From Octopus vulgaris (Eukaryota): DNA of 64,000 bases. The notes below the pieces were generated by a model, which was given only the letters and a program-made list of their open reading frames with translations, was not told where the DNA came from and made no database searches. Position 1 is the first letter of the stretch. Every line of letters starts with the position of its first letter. Both the position numbers and the translations under genes were made by a program. Below are positions 1 through 11,745 of this stretch, in pieces. Location: positions 78,864,001 through 78,928,000 of the forward strand of contig OX597827.1 in NCBI GenBank assembly GCA_951406725.2. Reading direction: 5' to 3'.

Positions 1-450
1 TGGCACTGGAAAAACTATCAGCAATGACATCACACTTCTTTCTCTGTGTGTAGAGTTCAATTTCACTTTAACAAATATCATTTCCCTGCAGAAGGACCAT
101 CACTAGACCCCCTAGACACATCCAACAGCCAAGCACTAACCCCATCAATGCATCCCACATCTTATTGATGACATCATGGTCAGGTGAGCTGACCTGAAAG
201 ATGCTCTCCTCCTTCATGCAGTGATGGGAGCCAAATGTGAGACAGACCAGTCCATGATTTTAACTAGAAGCTGTTTATTGTATTTGGGGGTCTTCTGGGG
301 ATGTATCTTAGTGTTTTGAGACATTGTCAACAGAATATTTGTGGAATATTCTCAAAGGGATTGGTTGCTCACCTGAATTCCCTAAAGAGTTAGCCCTTTA
401 GTGAAAAAAAAATTAGGCAAGGCTTCTCTTGTTTAATATCTTTCATCATC

Positions 451-667
451 AGAGCAGCAAAACGGGCAGAAACGTTAGCACATGCCAGGTGAAATGCTTA
501 ACAGTATTTCGTCTGTCTTTACATTCTGAGTTCAAATTCCACTGAAGTCGACTTTGCCTTTCATCCTTTTGGGGTCGATAAATTAAGTACCAGTTGCGTA
601 CTGGGTTTGATCTAACCAACTGGCTCTCTCGCCCAAAATTTCAGGCCTTGTGCCTGGAGTAGAAAAG
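451..667 (+). mobile_element. tRNA-derived SINE family A (Meta-like core) with 16-bp TSD
   Basis: B box gagttcaaattcc; core gcctttcatccttttggggtcgataaattaagtaccag; TSD AATATCTTTCATCATC at 435-450 and 668-683. Confidence 0.85.
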
Positions 668-769
668 AATATCTTTCATCATCTGTGTAACCATACAGCT
701 ATGCAGAAAGGAATGGAGAGTGAGCAGAAGTGAGATTAAGCACAGAAGGTTGCAGTCCACCACCAATCT

Positions 770-1420
770 CACACCTGAACTGATCAATCAGGTACAATAT
801 GGCAATGACTGGTGGTTCACAGTCTTTGGAAACTGGTCACAGTCTTTGTCTGCAAAGCTCAGCTTTTCAGTTTTACCACATAGACATTTAGTAAGATAAC
901 CAAGTGCACCTATAATTGCAGGTGGAAATGTAAATTGATGACCTGGGTAGGGAAGCTGTAGTTTTTGATGCAGTTCTCCATAAATACTCTCTTTCTCCCT
1001 GATTGAGAAAAAATGTTCGTATCTGTAGGGCAAATGTCTTGTATAATAATAACACAATGACCCAAACAATACGAGAAGCCTGTTATGTTTTGAGGGGAAT
1101 GTCCCTTCCAAAATTTGTTATCGTGAAATGAATGTATGTACCCCATGCCAGAAATAGCTTTTGTATTTGTCCATCGAAGGTGGGGGACAGTTTTCCAACA
1201 TCAAGGTATTAACAACATGATGATGATGTATTGGAAGGTATTATCTTAATGACATTTTTGGGGGTAGCTGATGGTCACGTGTATTATCTTCCACTGAAAT
1301 GGGATGTAATTGACATTTCCAGTTGCTTCTGGGGCAGGGGTTGAAGGCTCTCGCTGTCCCTTTTTGTGTTCAATATGTGTTTTGTAGCTATCACCTGCTC
1401 TTGAAACCCTGAAGCTTAAC
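770..1420 (-). mobile_element. Decayed R4/Dong-like non-LTR retrotransposon 3' fragment (zinc knuckle + REL endonuclease)
   Basis: Broken frames give SKHNR.. and IREKESIYGELHQKLQLPYPGHQFTFPPAIIGALGY, typical of the REL domain, preceded by a decayed CCHC knuckle. Confidence 0.6.
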
Positions 1421-2580
1421 CTCTCGATTTCAATGTAATGTATTATTAATAAGTTCAAAAGATACCACAAGACTTCCTGTCAATATTATGTATACGTATG
1501 TACATATATGGGTGTGTGTATGAATACGTATATGTATGTGTATCTCCATGTATGATTGAGAAAAGAATTGATTTAACAAAAATGAAAAGCTCCATAGGAA
1601 AACAAAAGCAGTTTGTTGTTTAAGTTCATCTGTTTTATTCATAAGAGTTGAAAATGGAACATGGCTGTTCCCAGGAAGAAAATTACAAAATAAGGTCAGA
1701 AGAATTAGATTAACCTTGTGGCCTGATTCTATAAGAGAATCTTGTGATCAGCTTTGTTTGGACATAAGGTGTTGCATAATGTTTAGGCTGACCCATTTAA
1801 TTGCTGGAAAACAACTGATATTGAAGTTAACTTAATGCATGAGTGCATCTCTGTGTCTGTCTGTTTGTCCAGCTCCATTTGTGACCCTGTTCTTCTTCCC
1901 ATTTGCCTATTCCTTGCTACGCTTTTTATTAGCTGAGTTTAGATCAGTCAATGCTTCACTGATTTTCAGCCAACAATGTTTGGTCGTTGTCAGTCCAAGA
2001 ATTTGATGGGCAGTCATTTGGGTGTCATTGCTTACATTTTTCATGATGTCGTCACTCAATCTGAACAATTTGTTATTTGCTAAAACCTTCTAATAGGAAA
2101 AAGAATCCAGGTTCAAATTGAAGCAGAGACTGCTGTATATATCTAACTACACACACACACACACACACACACTATTCTGCTGCTCTACACTATCAGACAT
2201 CCCCTACTCCCCCACTCACTCTGGTACCCCTGATACCTCATCACCACAATTTTTTTATCCCTTTGCCTCTCCACCAATGCACACCCTCTCTTCTACATGT
2301 CTATAGTCATGTTTCCCTTCTTCAGCAGCCAACCCGTTCTGCTCAGACCCTTTTGTCTCATGTTTTACTACTATCTACTCCTCAATTCTTCTAGCATAAT
2401 GTTGTTGCTCCCCACCTTGGGGTTTGTAGTCTTGCATGTATGTCCAGTAAAAGGAGTAATCCTGCTGTATGATGGCATATGGTAGCCAATAACTGTATAG
2501 GAGCTTTGATATGCACGTTATGAGGAGGTTGTTACCCATATATATATATCTCAGAATTTTAATTGATTTGCTTTTCGCAG

Positions 2581-2826
2581 GAAGGAAAGTTTCTTGTCGA
2601 AGATACGTCTCGCTTTTATCCTTCGAAACGTAGAGTAGATGAAACCTTAGCGACTGAAGAAGGGGTTTTTTCGTTGTGTTAACTGTCCTGTACTCCATTT
2701 TTTGTTGTTTTTTAAAAAAATGTCCTGTTCCTTTGGTTTGTGTCTATGTTTTCGTTTCTCTATGTGTTCGACGTCCCTTTGGTGTCCTGTACTCATATAT
2801 GCGTGTATATGTACATGTAGAGGTAG
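2581..2826 (+). other. Candidate non-coding 5'UTR exon of ZF-A
   Basis: Acceptor-like ttgatttgcttttcgcAG ends at 2580. Unique, locally CpG-enriched sequence. Donor-like AG|GTAGGT / AG|GTACGT at ~2822-2826. Confidence 0.4.
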
Positions 2827-2873
2827 GTACGTACATATATGTTTATATATATGCATATGTTTTATTTCATTTA

Positions 2874-2918
<45 letters not shown>

Positions 2919-3114
2919 TATGTATACTCACGATCATTTTAACATCCACTTGTACCTACTTGCATGGGTCAGATGAAATTCATTGAGGCAGGTTTTCTAT
3001 GGCTGGATGCTCTTGCTATCACCAACCCTCATCTGTAATATTTCCTTACAACTGGACATGGTTCCATGGAACAATGGAAAAATGACAACTTGTATCGTGA
3101 CATTTATTTACGAC

Positions 3115-3163
<49 letters not shown>

Positions 3164-3244
3164 TGCATGCATATACAGAAGTATATATGTATTCATATCT
3201 ATCTATCAATCTATGTATATATGTATATACACATAAGATACATG

Positions 3245-3455
3245 AGTATGTGACCTCGTGTGTACCGTTGGCGATTTTTTTTCCTCTGTCTTCCCTTCTC
3301 TGGATCTTTCCTTCTCCTATGTGTCTGACGAAGAGCTCCGCTCGAAACGTTAAACCCTCCTTCTTCCCTTCTTTCTTGAGCGTCCAATAATACTATATTT
3401 GTTCCACGTCCTCGCGTTGTTGTGTTTTTTTGTGTTTTCTTGTTTGGATTAACTA
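3245..3455 (+). mobile_element. Penelope-like terminal repeat fragment with minimal hammerhead (3321-3355)
   Basis: CTGACGA-a-GAGC-tcc-GCTC-GAAA-CGTT-aaac is the minimal PLE-type HHR pattern; followed by a T-rich tail ending in (TA)n. Confidence 0.65.
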
Positions 3456-3641
3456 TATATATATATGTGTTTGTGTGTGGTGCACATGAAAACTTTTGAA
3501 GTTATTCTTTCATGTTACCACATCACTCAGCATCCATTCAATAAAAGCCTCCTCTCTCTCTTTCTCTCTCCCTCACTCTCTCTTTCTCTCATAATATATC
3601 TTCTCTTGGCATCTGAGATCTGGCAGTAATATTAGAATATA

Positions 3642-3683
3642 CTTTCCTGATGAGGTCTAGCAAGAGTGAAATATGTTAAGAGT
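3642..3683 (+). ncRNA. Degenerate hammerhead motif (PLE-type)
   Basis: CTGATGA-ggtct-agca-agagt-GAAA-tatgtta; stem II imperfect. Confidence 0.45.
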
Positions 3684-3909
3684 TGTCACCTCATTACCAA
3701 TGATAAACATTTCCTCCTTGCATTGTTTTCCTAATTAATTCTAATTAATTTAATTATAGACTAGGCCTACTTACTACAATTAATTATTAAGATAATGATT
3801 TTTTTTCTAATGATTAAGGCTGCAGTTAAATTAATTAAAATATCTTGGCTCACTACATTAATATGTTAATGCCTTTTTACTGTCTTTTTGTATATAAATA
3901 TAGAAGACA

Positions 3910-4216
3910 TAAAGATTGTTTGCCAACACAACATGGCAGTCCTGGTTTAGGACGAATGTTGCTGTAATTTAAGCCCCAGGAGACATCCTGGAAATAACCT
4001 GAAAATCATGATACACAGATTTTGTTTTGAATAGTGGGGGTGCTAGAAAATATAAGGACACAGATCATGTCATATAGCCAGCTGGAGACGATGTCTCCTG
4101 GGGCTAAATTACAGCAACATTCATCCTAAACCAGGACTGCCATGTTATGTTGGCAAACAATCTTTACTCCAAAGTACTGTTGCTGAATATCTCTCATTGT
4201 GGGATTTAGAAATACT
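3910..4216 (+). mobile_element. 5'-truncated copy of the 353-bp HHR repeat with an inverted 5' duplication (fold-back)
   Basis: 3989-4216 matches the 45.4-46.0 kb unit from HHR stem II onward. 3910-3987 is the reverse complement of 4090-4166. Confidence 0.8.
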
Positions 4217-4600
4217 CTTTTACTCGTTTCAGTCGTTTGAATGTGGTCATGCTGGAGCACTGCTTTTAGTCGAATAAATCAACCCTAGGACTTATTTTTT
4301 GTAAGCCTAGTACTTATTCTATCGGTCTCTTTTTTGCCGAACTGCTAAGTGACAGGGACGTAAACACTCCAACATCGGTTGGCAAGAGGGGACAAACACA
4401 GACACAAACATCAAACACTTACATACATATATATATAACGGGCTTCTTTCAGTTTCCATCTACCAAATCCACTCGTAAGGCTTTGGTCAGCCAGAGGCTA
4501 TAGTAGAAGACATTTGCCCAAGGTGCCATGCAGTGGGACTGGACCCGGAACCATGTGGTTGGGAAGCAAGCTACTTACCACACAGCCACTCCTGTGCCCA
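4214..4600 (-). mobile_element. tRNA-derived CORE-type SINE family B
   Basis: Minus strand: gcacaggagtggctgtgtggtaag..ggcaccttgggcaa (CORE-like)..gactgaaacgagtaaaagag. Confidence 0.85.
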
Positions 4601-5037
4601 TGTCTCATTTCCTAATAGAAGAAGTAATATAAAAAATACACAAAATGTTTATTCAAGGCAGTGATCTGGCAGGGCTGTTGGCACCCCAGGGGAAATGTCC
4701 AGTGGTATTTCGTGTATCTTTACATTCTGCATTCAAATTCTACCAAAGTCTACTTCACCTTTCATCCTTTCGGGATCAATAAAATAAGTACCAGTCATGT
4801 ACTGGGGTCAATGTAACTGCCTTATCCCCTCCTCCAAAACTTGCTGGCCTTGTGCCAAAATGTGAAATTAATGTATGATGCTTATTTACATACAATGTTC
4901 GTTATGTTTATTCCTATATTTATTTATATACAATGTATATTTACATGTAATTCTTATTTGCATCTGATATTTATTAATATGTAATGTTTATTGATAGACA
5001 GTGTTCATTGTTATACGTTTATTAAGGGTACATGTGA

Positions 5038-5253
5038 AGGCAGTGAGCTGGCAGAATCGTTAGCACGCTGGGCGAAATGCTTAGCAGTATTTCACCTGTC
5101 TTTACGTTCTGAGTTCAAATTCCACCAAGGTCAACTTTGCCTTTCATCCTTTCAGGGTCGATAAATTAAGTACCAGTTGCGTACTGGGGTTGATCTAAAT
5201 GACTGGCCACCTTCCCAAAAATTTCAGGCCTTGTGCCTAGAGTAGAAAAGAAT
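5038..5253 (+). mobile_element. SINE family A
   Basis: ggcagtgagctggcagaatcgttagc..gagttcaaattcc..ggtcgataaattaagtaccag. Further copies at ~4655, 10729, 12365, 12745, 13037, 24120, 24562, 40240, 40381, 54920(-) and 63400(-). Confidence 0.85.
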
Positions 5254-5257
5254 ATTT

Positions 5258-5365
5258 CAAGTGGCTTGAACTCTTTACATGAACACCACCCTGTACATAA
5301 CTCCATGTCCCCCTACATGGCCTTGCTTTTTGCTTTTTGAGCCAAAAAATTAACTAACTAACTAA
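5258..5365 (+). mobile_element. Extreme 3' tail of the same CR1 LINE
   Basis: Matches the reverse complement of 48808-48910 and ends aattaactaactaactaac. Confidence 0.8.
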
Positions 5366-5394
5366 CATTATATTTATTTGTCAACACCAACATC

Positions 5395-5746
5395 AAAATA
5401 AAAATCAAATGGAAATTGTAGTTAAGATACCTGTGTCGGTGACACGTAAAAACACCAACCGAACATGGCTGATGCCAGCGCTGCCTTACTGGCATCTGTG
5501 TCAGTGGCACATAAAAAGCACCAACCGATCGTGGCCGTTTGCCAGCCTCCTCTGGCCCCTGTGCTGGTGCCACATAAAAAGCACCCGCTACACTCACGGA
5601 GTGATTGGCATTAGGAAGGGCATCCAGCTGTAGAAACACTGCCAGATCAGACTGGAGCCTGGCGCAGCCTCCTGGCTTCCCAGACCCCAGTCAAACCATC
5701 CAACCCATGCTAGCATGGAGAGCGGACGTTAAACGATGATGATGAT
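5395..5746 (+). mobile_element. 5'-truncated RTE 3'UTR copy, (GAT)n tail (representative of ~12 copies)
   Basis: ggcacataaaaagcacc units + ggaagggcatccagctgtagaaac + ggacgttaaacgatgatgat. Other copies at ~23030, 23400, 24350, 24855, 32172(-), 33951, 34663(-), 35345, 43340, 54774(-) and 57350. Confidence 0.75.
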
Positions 5747-5820
5747 GTTTATTTATATGCCATGCGTATTATATAACATTTATCTATATGTTATTATATA
5801 ACATTTATCTATATATAATG

Positions 5821-5846
5821 CTTATTTCCCACCTTTTATTTTGCAG
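5821..5846 (+). promoter_or_regulatory. Splice acceptor for the ZF-A coding exon (exon from 5847; ~1 kb of 5'UTR)
   Basis: Polypyrimidine tract cttatttcccaccttttattttgcAG, at the boundary between repeat-rich and unique sequence upstream of the ATG at 6879. Confidence 0.6.
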
Positions 5847-6878
5847 ACAAAGACATTCTCAAGATGGACTCCATATCTGTTGTGTTTGAGAGACACCGAA
5901 GTAATTATATTCGATAAAATATGGTCACTATGCGCCCATCAACTGCTCTACAACCTCCGTGTTTATTATTATCAAGCACCATCATTGACTTTACATAGTC
6001 TCTATTCTTCGTTACATTTATTCTTTTCTTTTTTTTAAGTAATTATTTAATTTCTGAAATTAGCAATTTGATTTCAAGATATTTACTGGTGGAAGACAAC
6101 AATAGAATATTGCCAGACTCGTGATTGTGATGTGCAAAGAAAAACCCATCAAATTTATTAATTACTCTTACATGATTGATGGATTAATTAATGTGGGATC
6201 AGCGAAAATCTTCCAGTTGTAAAATCAGGCTGCAAAAGGAGCAAAGAAAGTCTCTGCCTGAAGAATATTGAATAAAAAAAAAAGTGCTGAGAGACTTTCA
6301 CCAAACACACACACACATATACACACACACACTGTCTTTGGAAGAAAATAGTGAACCATCTCTGTTAAAACATCAATTTTCAAAAAAACTCAGATAGCTT
6401 GCATCTTTAATTCAGACATACAGCATACATCTATATGTATATATATCTATATTAAGTGACACAATATATATATTACATGTATATAAACATAAATATATAT
6501 TAAACTACATAAAGCACACACACACCCACATGTATACATATACACACATTCATTGAATAACTTAACTTGTATATGTATATGCACACACATACACATACAC
6601 GCTTGTGATTAATCTTGAATCAAACCTCATTTTATCAGTGTCCAACCATGACAGTCACTGTGAGCTCTGTTGCTATAACAGCAGGTACGATATCTCACAT
6701 GTAATATTTTCCTGATTAATCTCTACACCCACTGGATCTATACAATCATTTAATTTATCACACGCAGTTTATCCCCTTCAAACCAATTAATCTTTTACAT
6801 ATCCAGCCGATATTGACCACAAGACCAGAGTGCAAAATTTCTTGTATGGTTTAATTAAAACCAGGTTAAAGCTTGAAA

Positions 6879-7357
6879 ATGGACGGATACATGAGTGAGA
6901 AGACGATCCATTGCAATGTCCCCAGCCAACAGTTCCAGCCTCATTACGCTCTGCCCACGCACGGCCGGATGTCACATGCAGCTGAAAAGCAATTCTCTAT
7001 GGACATGTGCAGCAAGCAGTTTGCACAGAGCTGCTATTTCCAGGCTGCCGTCTCGCATGACCGACCAATGATTGTGCCATGCAGCAACATCTACGCCAAG
7101 CAATATGCATCCCAGAACTGTTATCTGCAAGCGGCTGCCGCTTCCCTGTCTTTGAACGACCAGCGTTGTCAACAGAGTCCCGTTCACATGACCACGCCGC
7201 ATCCTCCTCAGAGTCCCCTACAAGGGTCAGTCCTGAGGCAGGCCCACGACCAGCACATTTCAAACCAGAGTCACCACGGTCAGGTCCTGGAACCGCTCTC
7301 CATTGAAAAACCGTCTCTGCTGTCGCCAAGGAGCAGTTCCACCGAATCAGCTTGTCA

Positions 7358-7408
<51 letters not shown>

Positions 7409-9065
7409 GCAACGGCAACAACAACAACAACAGCAACAACAAACACAACCTCAACAACAACAACAACAACAACCAGAAGCTGCCAAACCGTTTGTGAGCC
7501 ACAGCCCCTCCCCCAAGACACTGCTTCCTCCCAACCACCTCCACCACCACCACCACCACCATCACCATCCCCACGGTAATCATAGTATTAGCTATCATCA
7601 TCATCATCACGTTCATAATAGCACCAACAGCAACAACAGTTGCTGTGGTGGTGGAGGTGGAGGTGGTGGTGGCGGTAGTAGCTGCAGAGCGAACAATGCC
7701 ACCCCAAACTGTATCACCCCCACTCCCACCCCTACACCTCCCGCCTGCAGCAGCACCCCCACCACCAACAGCAGCAACAGCAACAATATCAATAATAACA
7801 ATAATAATAATAATAACAATAACAGCAGCAGCACCGGCAGCAGTAACAACAGCAGCAAAATCAGCAACAACAACAACAATAGTACCAACAACAACAACAA
7901 CAACAGCAACAATGACATCAATAAAAGCATCAGCATCAACAACAACAACAACACCAACAACAGCGAGGAGAAGAGTGTAAAATGCGTGAAGCCTTTCCAT
8001 TGTACAGATTGTCCGAAGCAGTTTGCTCAGAGACACACTCTTCAGATTCACAAGAGATCCCACACAGGAGAGAAACCATTCCACTGTGACACTTGTTCCA
8101 AGCAGTTTGCTCGACGTGACAACTTGAAAATCCACCAACGTATTCACTCAGGTGAGAAACCGTTCACCTGTGAGTTTTGCCAAAAAAAGTTTGCCAGAAA
8201 CGACAAACTGCAAATCCACAGGCGTTCTCACACCGGCGAGAAACCATTTCCTTGTGATTTCTGCTGTAAACAGTTTGCGCAGAGGGACAAGCTACGAATG
8301 CATCGCAGAACACATACGGGGGAGAAGCCATATTCTTGTGATATATGTTCCAAATGTTTCGCCCAACGAAATACTCTTCAAACCCATAAACTCACTCATT
8401 CCGGAGAGAAACCTTTCCAGTGTCAACTTTGTCCGAAGCAATTTGCTCGTAAAGACCACCTGCAAATTCATACACGAACCCATACAGGGGAGAAACCGTT
8501 TCAATGCAGCGTTTGTCCCAAGAAGTTTGCACGAAGAGATAAACTGCAGATGCACCAAAGAACTCATTCTGGGGAAAAACCGTTTTGTTGTTCCCTTTGT
8601 CCTCGGCAATTTTCCCGCAAGGATAAGCTACAGATCCACCACAGGGTACATTCTGGTGAGAAACCATACGAGTGTGGAGTTTGCATGCGCCGATTTGCCC
8701 AGCGGGACCGCCTCCAGCTACACCAACGAACCCACACAGGGCTAAAACCATACCCGTGTGATCTGTGTATCCAGAGGTTTGCCCGCCGGGACACGTTACA
8801 AATCCACCGACGGACTCACACTGGAGAGAAACCGTTCCATTGTGAGGTGTGTGGTAAAGCTTTCTCCCAGACGGGCAAACTACAACGACACAGACGAACA
8901 CATAAGCAACTAAGAAAAAGCAGTACGAGTGGAGCTGTCGGTTCTACTTTAGGGGCTGGTTTAGGGGCTGGTTTAGGGGCTGGGGCTACAACTGCTGCTA
9001 ATTCATGTAAAAATGTTAAAGAGTACACCCCATTAAATACCATTTTATGGCAGACTATATATTAG
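6879..9065 (+). CDS. C2H2 zinc-finger protein ZF-A (11 tandem fingers; N-terminal polyQ/polyH/polyG/polyN low-complexity region)
   Basis: Open frame 6873-9065 with first ATG at 6879 (MDGYMSEK). Eleven C-x2-C-x12-H-x3-H fingers joined by TGEKP/SGEKP linkers (~7995-8905). Intronless CDS. Confidence 0.95.
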
Positions 9066-10344
9066 TGGTTAATTGGTAGTCGTGTGAGAAGTTTATGGCT
9101 TCTACAGGGAAGCAACCCCCTGGGTCAGGGAAGCAACCCCCTGGGTCAGGGGCAGTTTTATTATTGCATGTTACTCACCGCAAACATTAGTCTCTCGGTG
9201 GGTCTGAATGGTTATTACGAAATAATAACAAATGGAATTGATGTGTCTTCTGACCCTAAAGTGTTTCTAAAAACAACTTTATCTTTCACTCATTCTTCCA
9301 TCAATTTTTCTTAGAGAGTTTTTGACTCGATTCTTCTGAATTAGTTCTGTAAAATTCTGTCAAAGGTCAACATTTGACAAACTAGTGACCCGGTTGTTTT
9401 GTAGTTTAGTTTCACTTTAGGCCCCTGCGGTCCTATAGAAAATCCGTTTAGCTGTAAATAGGAATGATGTGGACAATCCTAATTAATTAAATATTTCTTG
9501 TTAACATCCTGGTATATCCTCATTGGTTAAACACCACCCTTAACATACCCCACTTTGCCTACCTCCCCGGGTGGGGAAGAAATGAAATAAAATATTAAAA
9601 AATATACTTACAAAAAAAAATGGAAGCATTTTTGAAAATTATTTCAAGCAAAAGTTATAATTTATTTGTAAATTAAAAAAAACAACAAAATTTCCCCTGC
9701 CATCATCATCATCACCATCAGTATCATCACCATTGGCATCTATCATCAGTAGGGAGTTAACCAGTTTTGACTGGTTACAGTTGTCACTTGCTCCTCTGAG
9801 TAACATAAATCAGCTGGGAGGATTCGGTAGATGTGGACCCTTCATTCTGTTCTTGTCAGTCACTTAGCAAATAGTTAGTGGGGAACAATGCGTGGGGTTA
9901 TCATTGGTGGGTGGGACAGACGTGGATCTGATTGGATTAGGGTCCTTCATTTCTTCACACACAGACACTCCCCTCCCCCTTCTGTGAGGTGTCCTAATGT
10001 CCTTGATGTAAACTCTTTCACCCAAACCCTGCTAGGGGACACTTGAGTGTTGCGGTTAAATATTTCTTGTCTACAGTATGGAGGGAATGTAAAACAGATC
10101 TGTCTTCTGGGATAGGTTGCTAGTCTTCCACATGTTAACTTCTTCTCACTGGCTAAGTTCTGTCTAAGAGTTAACTGTGCTACCCAGAGTAAAAAAACAA
10201 ACAAAAAGCTAAATATGTTGGTAATGGGAAGGAACTCACAACCTCTGGGTTAGAAGATCAGTAGTTTACCCACAGGACCATCATAACTCACCCTGCCAAT
10301 CATCAAACATTGATTTCTTAACTCATCCCCATGCACACACACAC

Positions 10345-10377
<33 letters not shown>

Positions 10378-11349
10378 CTCTATTCATGGTGTGTCTTTTT
10401 TAATTATCATAATTAGTACTGCTAATGAAGTTTCAAAAACAGTGGTGTCCAACACTAAATACTTTGTGCTGTATTGCATTGCTGAAGACTGTGTCTTTGG
10501 ATTTGCCACCTTAATTGCAGTTTGTTATTGTCAAAATATGAAGATGCCATTGCAAGTGAGAGGCATCAACCAATCAACTAAATGGAATTAATTAGCTTAA
10601 ATATAACAATTTGGTGCAGGATGGAGAATTATGCAGCTTTTAATGCACCATAGGAATTAATTCTGTATTAGTACAAACACACACACACACACATATATAG
10701 AGAGAAAGTTATTAATAGGGATTATCACTAAGGTGGTGAGCTGGCAGAATCGTTAGCACTCTGGGCGAAATGCTTAGCAGTATTTCATCTGTCTTTACGT
10801 TCTGAGTTCAAATTCTCCCGAGGTCGACTTTGCTTTTCATCCTTTCAGGGTCGATAAATTAAGCACCAGTTGCATACTGGGGGTCTATCTAATCAACTGG
10901 CCCCCTCCCCCAAAATTTTGGGGTTATCAATCTGGGCAAAATACTTCTCAAGCTCTTTGTTAATGCACAAGGCTAGCAAAAGGTTTTCAGCTAATTCTAA
11001 AGCAGGGTCTAAGCTTAAAGCCCATCACCAGTTGATCCTTGTAAATTCATGGTTGCATTCCCCAGTTAATCTAGTCTTTTATATGTATATACTTGTGTGT
11101 GTGTGTGTGCATGTATATATACACAAAAAATCAAGCACTAGTATATTGGTCACTAGAGTGGGTATATAAATATTCATACAATACAGTATTTTAGAGCCAT
11201 TTCTGCTGGTTTTAACAATTCGTTTCATACACAAGACTTTTAGGAAACCCAATCTTAGCATTTCTTGTGTACGAAACTAATTGGTAAAATCTGTTGAAAT
11301 GGATCAACAATACTTTATAGTATAAATAGCAATACACACACACACACAC

Positions 11350-11745
11350 TGAGTTGTATTGACCAGACTATTGGATATTGTTATACACCATGGGCCACAA
11401 TGTGCTTACAATTCTGTCTTGATTTCACCCTTGTTTCCCATCTTGGCCTAACTTGTTTAACTAAATTGTCTTCCCATTATTGTGGATGCCTTCTGAGTGG
11501 CCTTTTCTGATTTCTTGGATACCATTCAGCAACTGCATGGCTCCACCTGGTGTCTGTGAACCTTGTGACATGTCCAGTCCAATAGGACTTGTGCTTTTGG
11601 TGTTCTCTGATCACATTTCTCACTCTGCTCTGCTCTTGAATTCTCTTGTTGTGGATATGCTTTTGCAATGATATTCCTTGCATGGATCTTTCCATGGATC
11701 TGTGTTGCCAGTTGATCTTCTTCCCTGGGCTATGCTACTCCATAG
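11350..11745 (-). mobile_element. RTE-clade LINE 3' fragment
   Basis: MERSMQGISLQKHIHNKRIQEQSRVRNVI..YWTGHVTRFTDTRWSHAVAEWYPRNQKRPLRRHP matches the RTE ORF C-terminus. Confidence 0.8.

Noticed and set aside
2614-2666. Permuted (type II) hammerhead: GAAAC...CTGAAGA
   Set aside because: Stem I cannot form and stem II is weak; likely chance.
5430-5590. CRISPR-like repeat-spacer array
   Set aside because: Eukaryotic context with no cas genes. The spacers are similar to each other and the array belongs to a dispersed RTE 3'UTR.
6997-9043. Long antisense and alternate-frame ORFs overlapping ZF-A
   Set aside because: Shadows of trinucleotide repeats and of the finger array.
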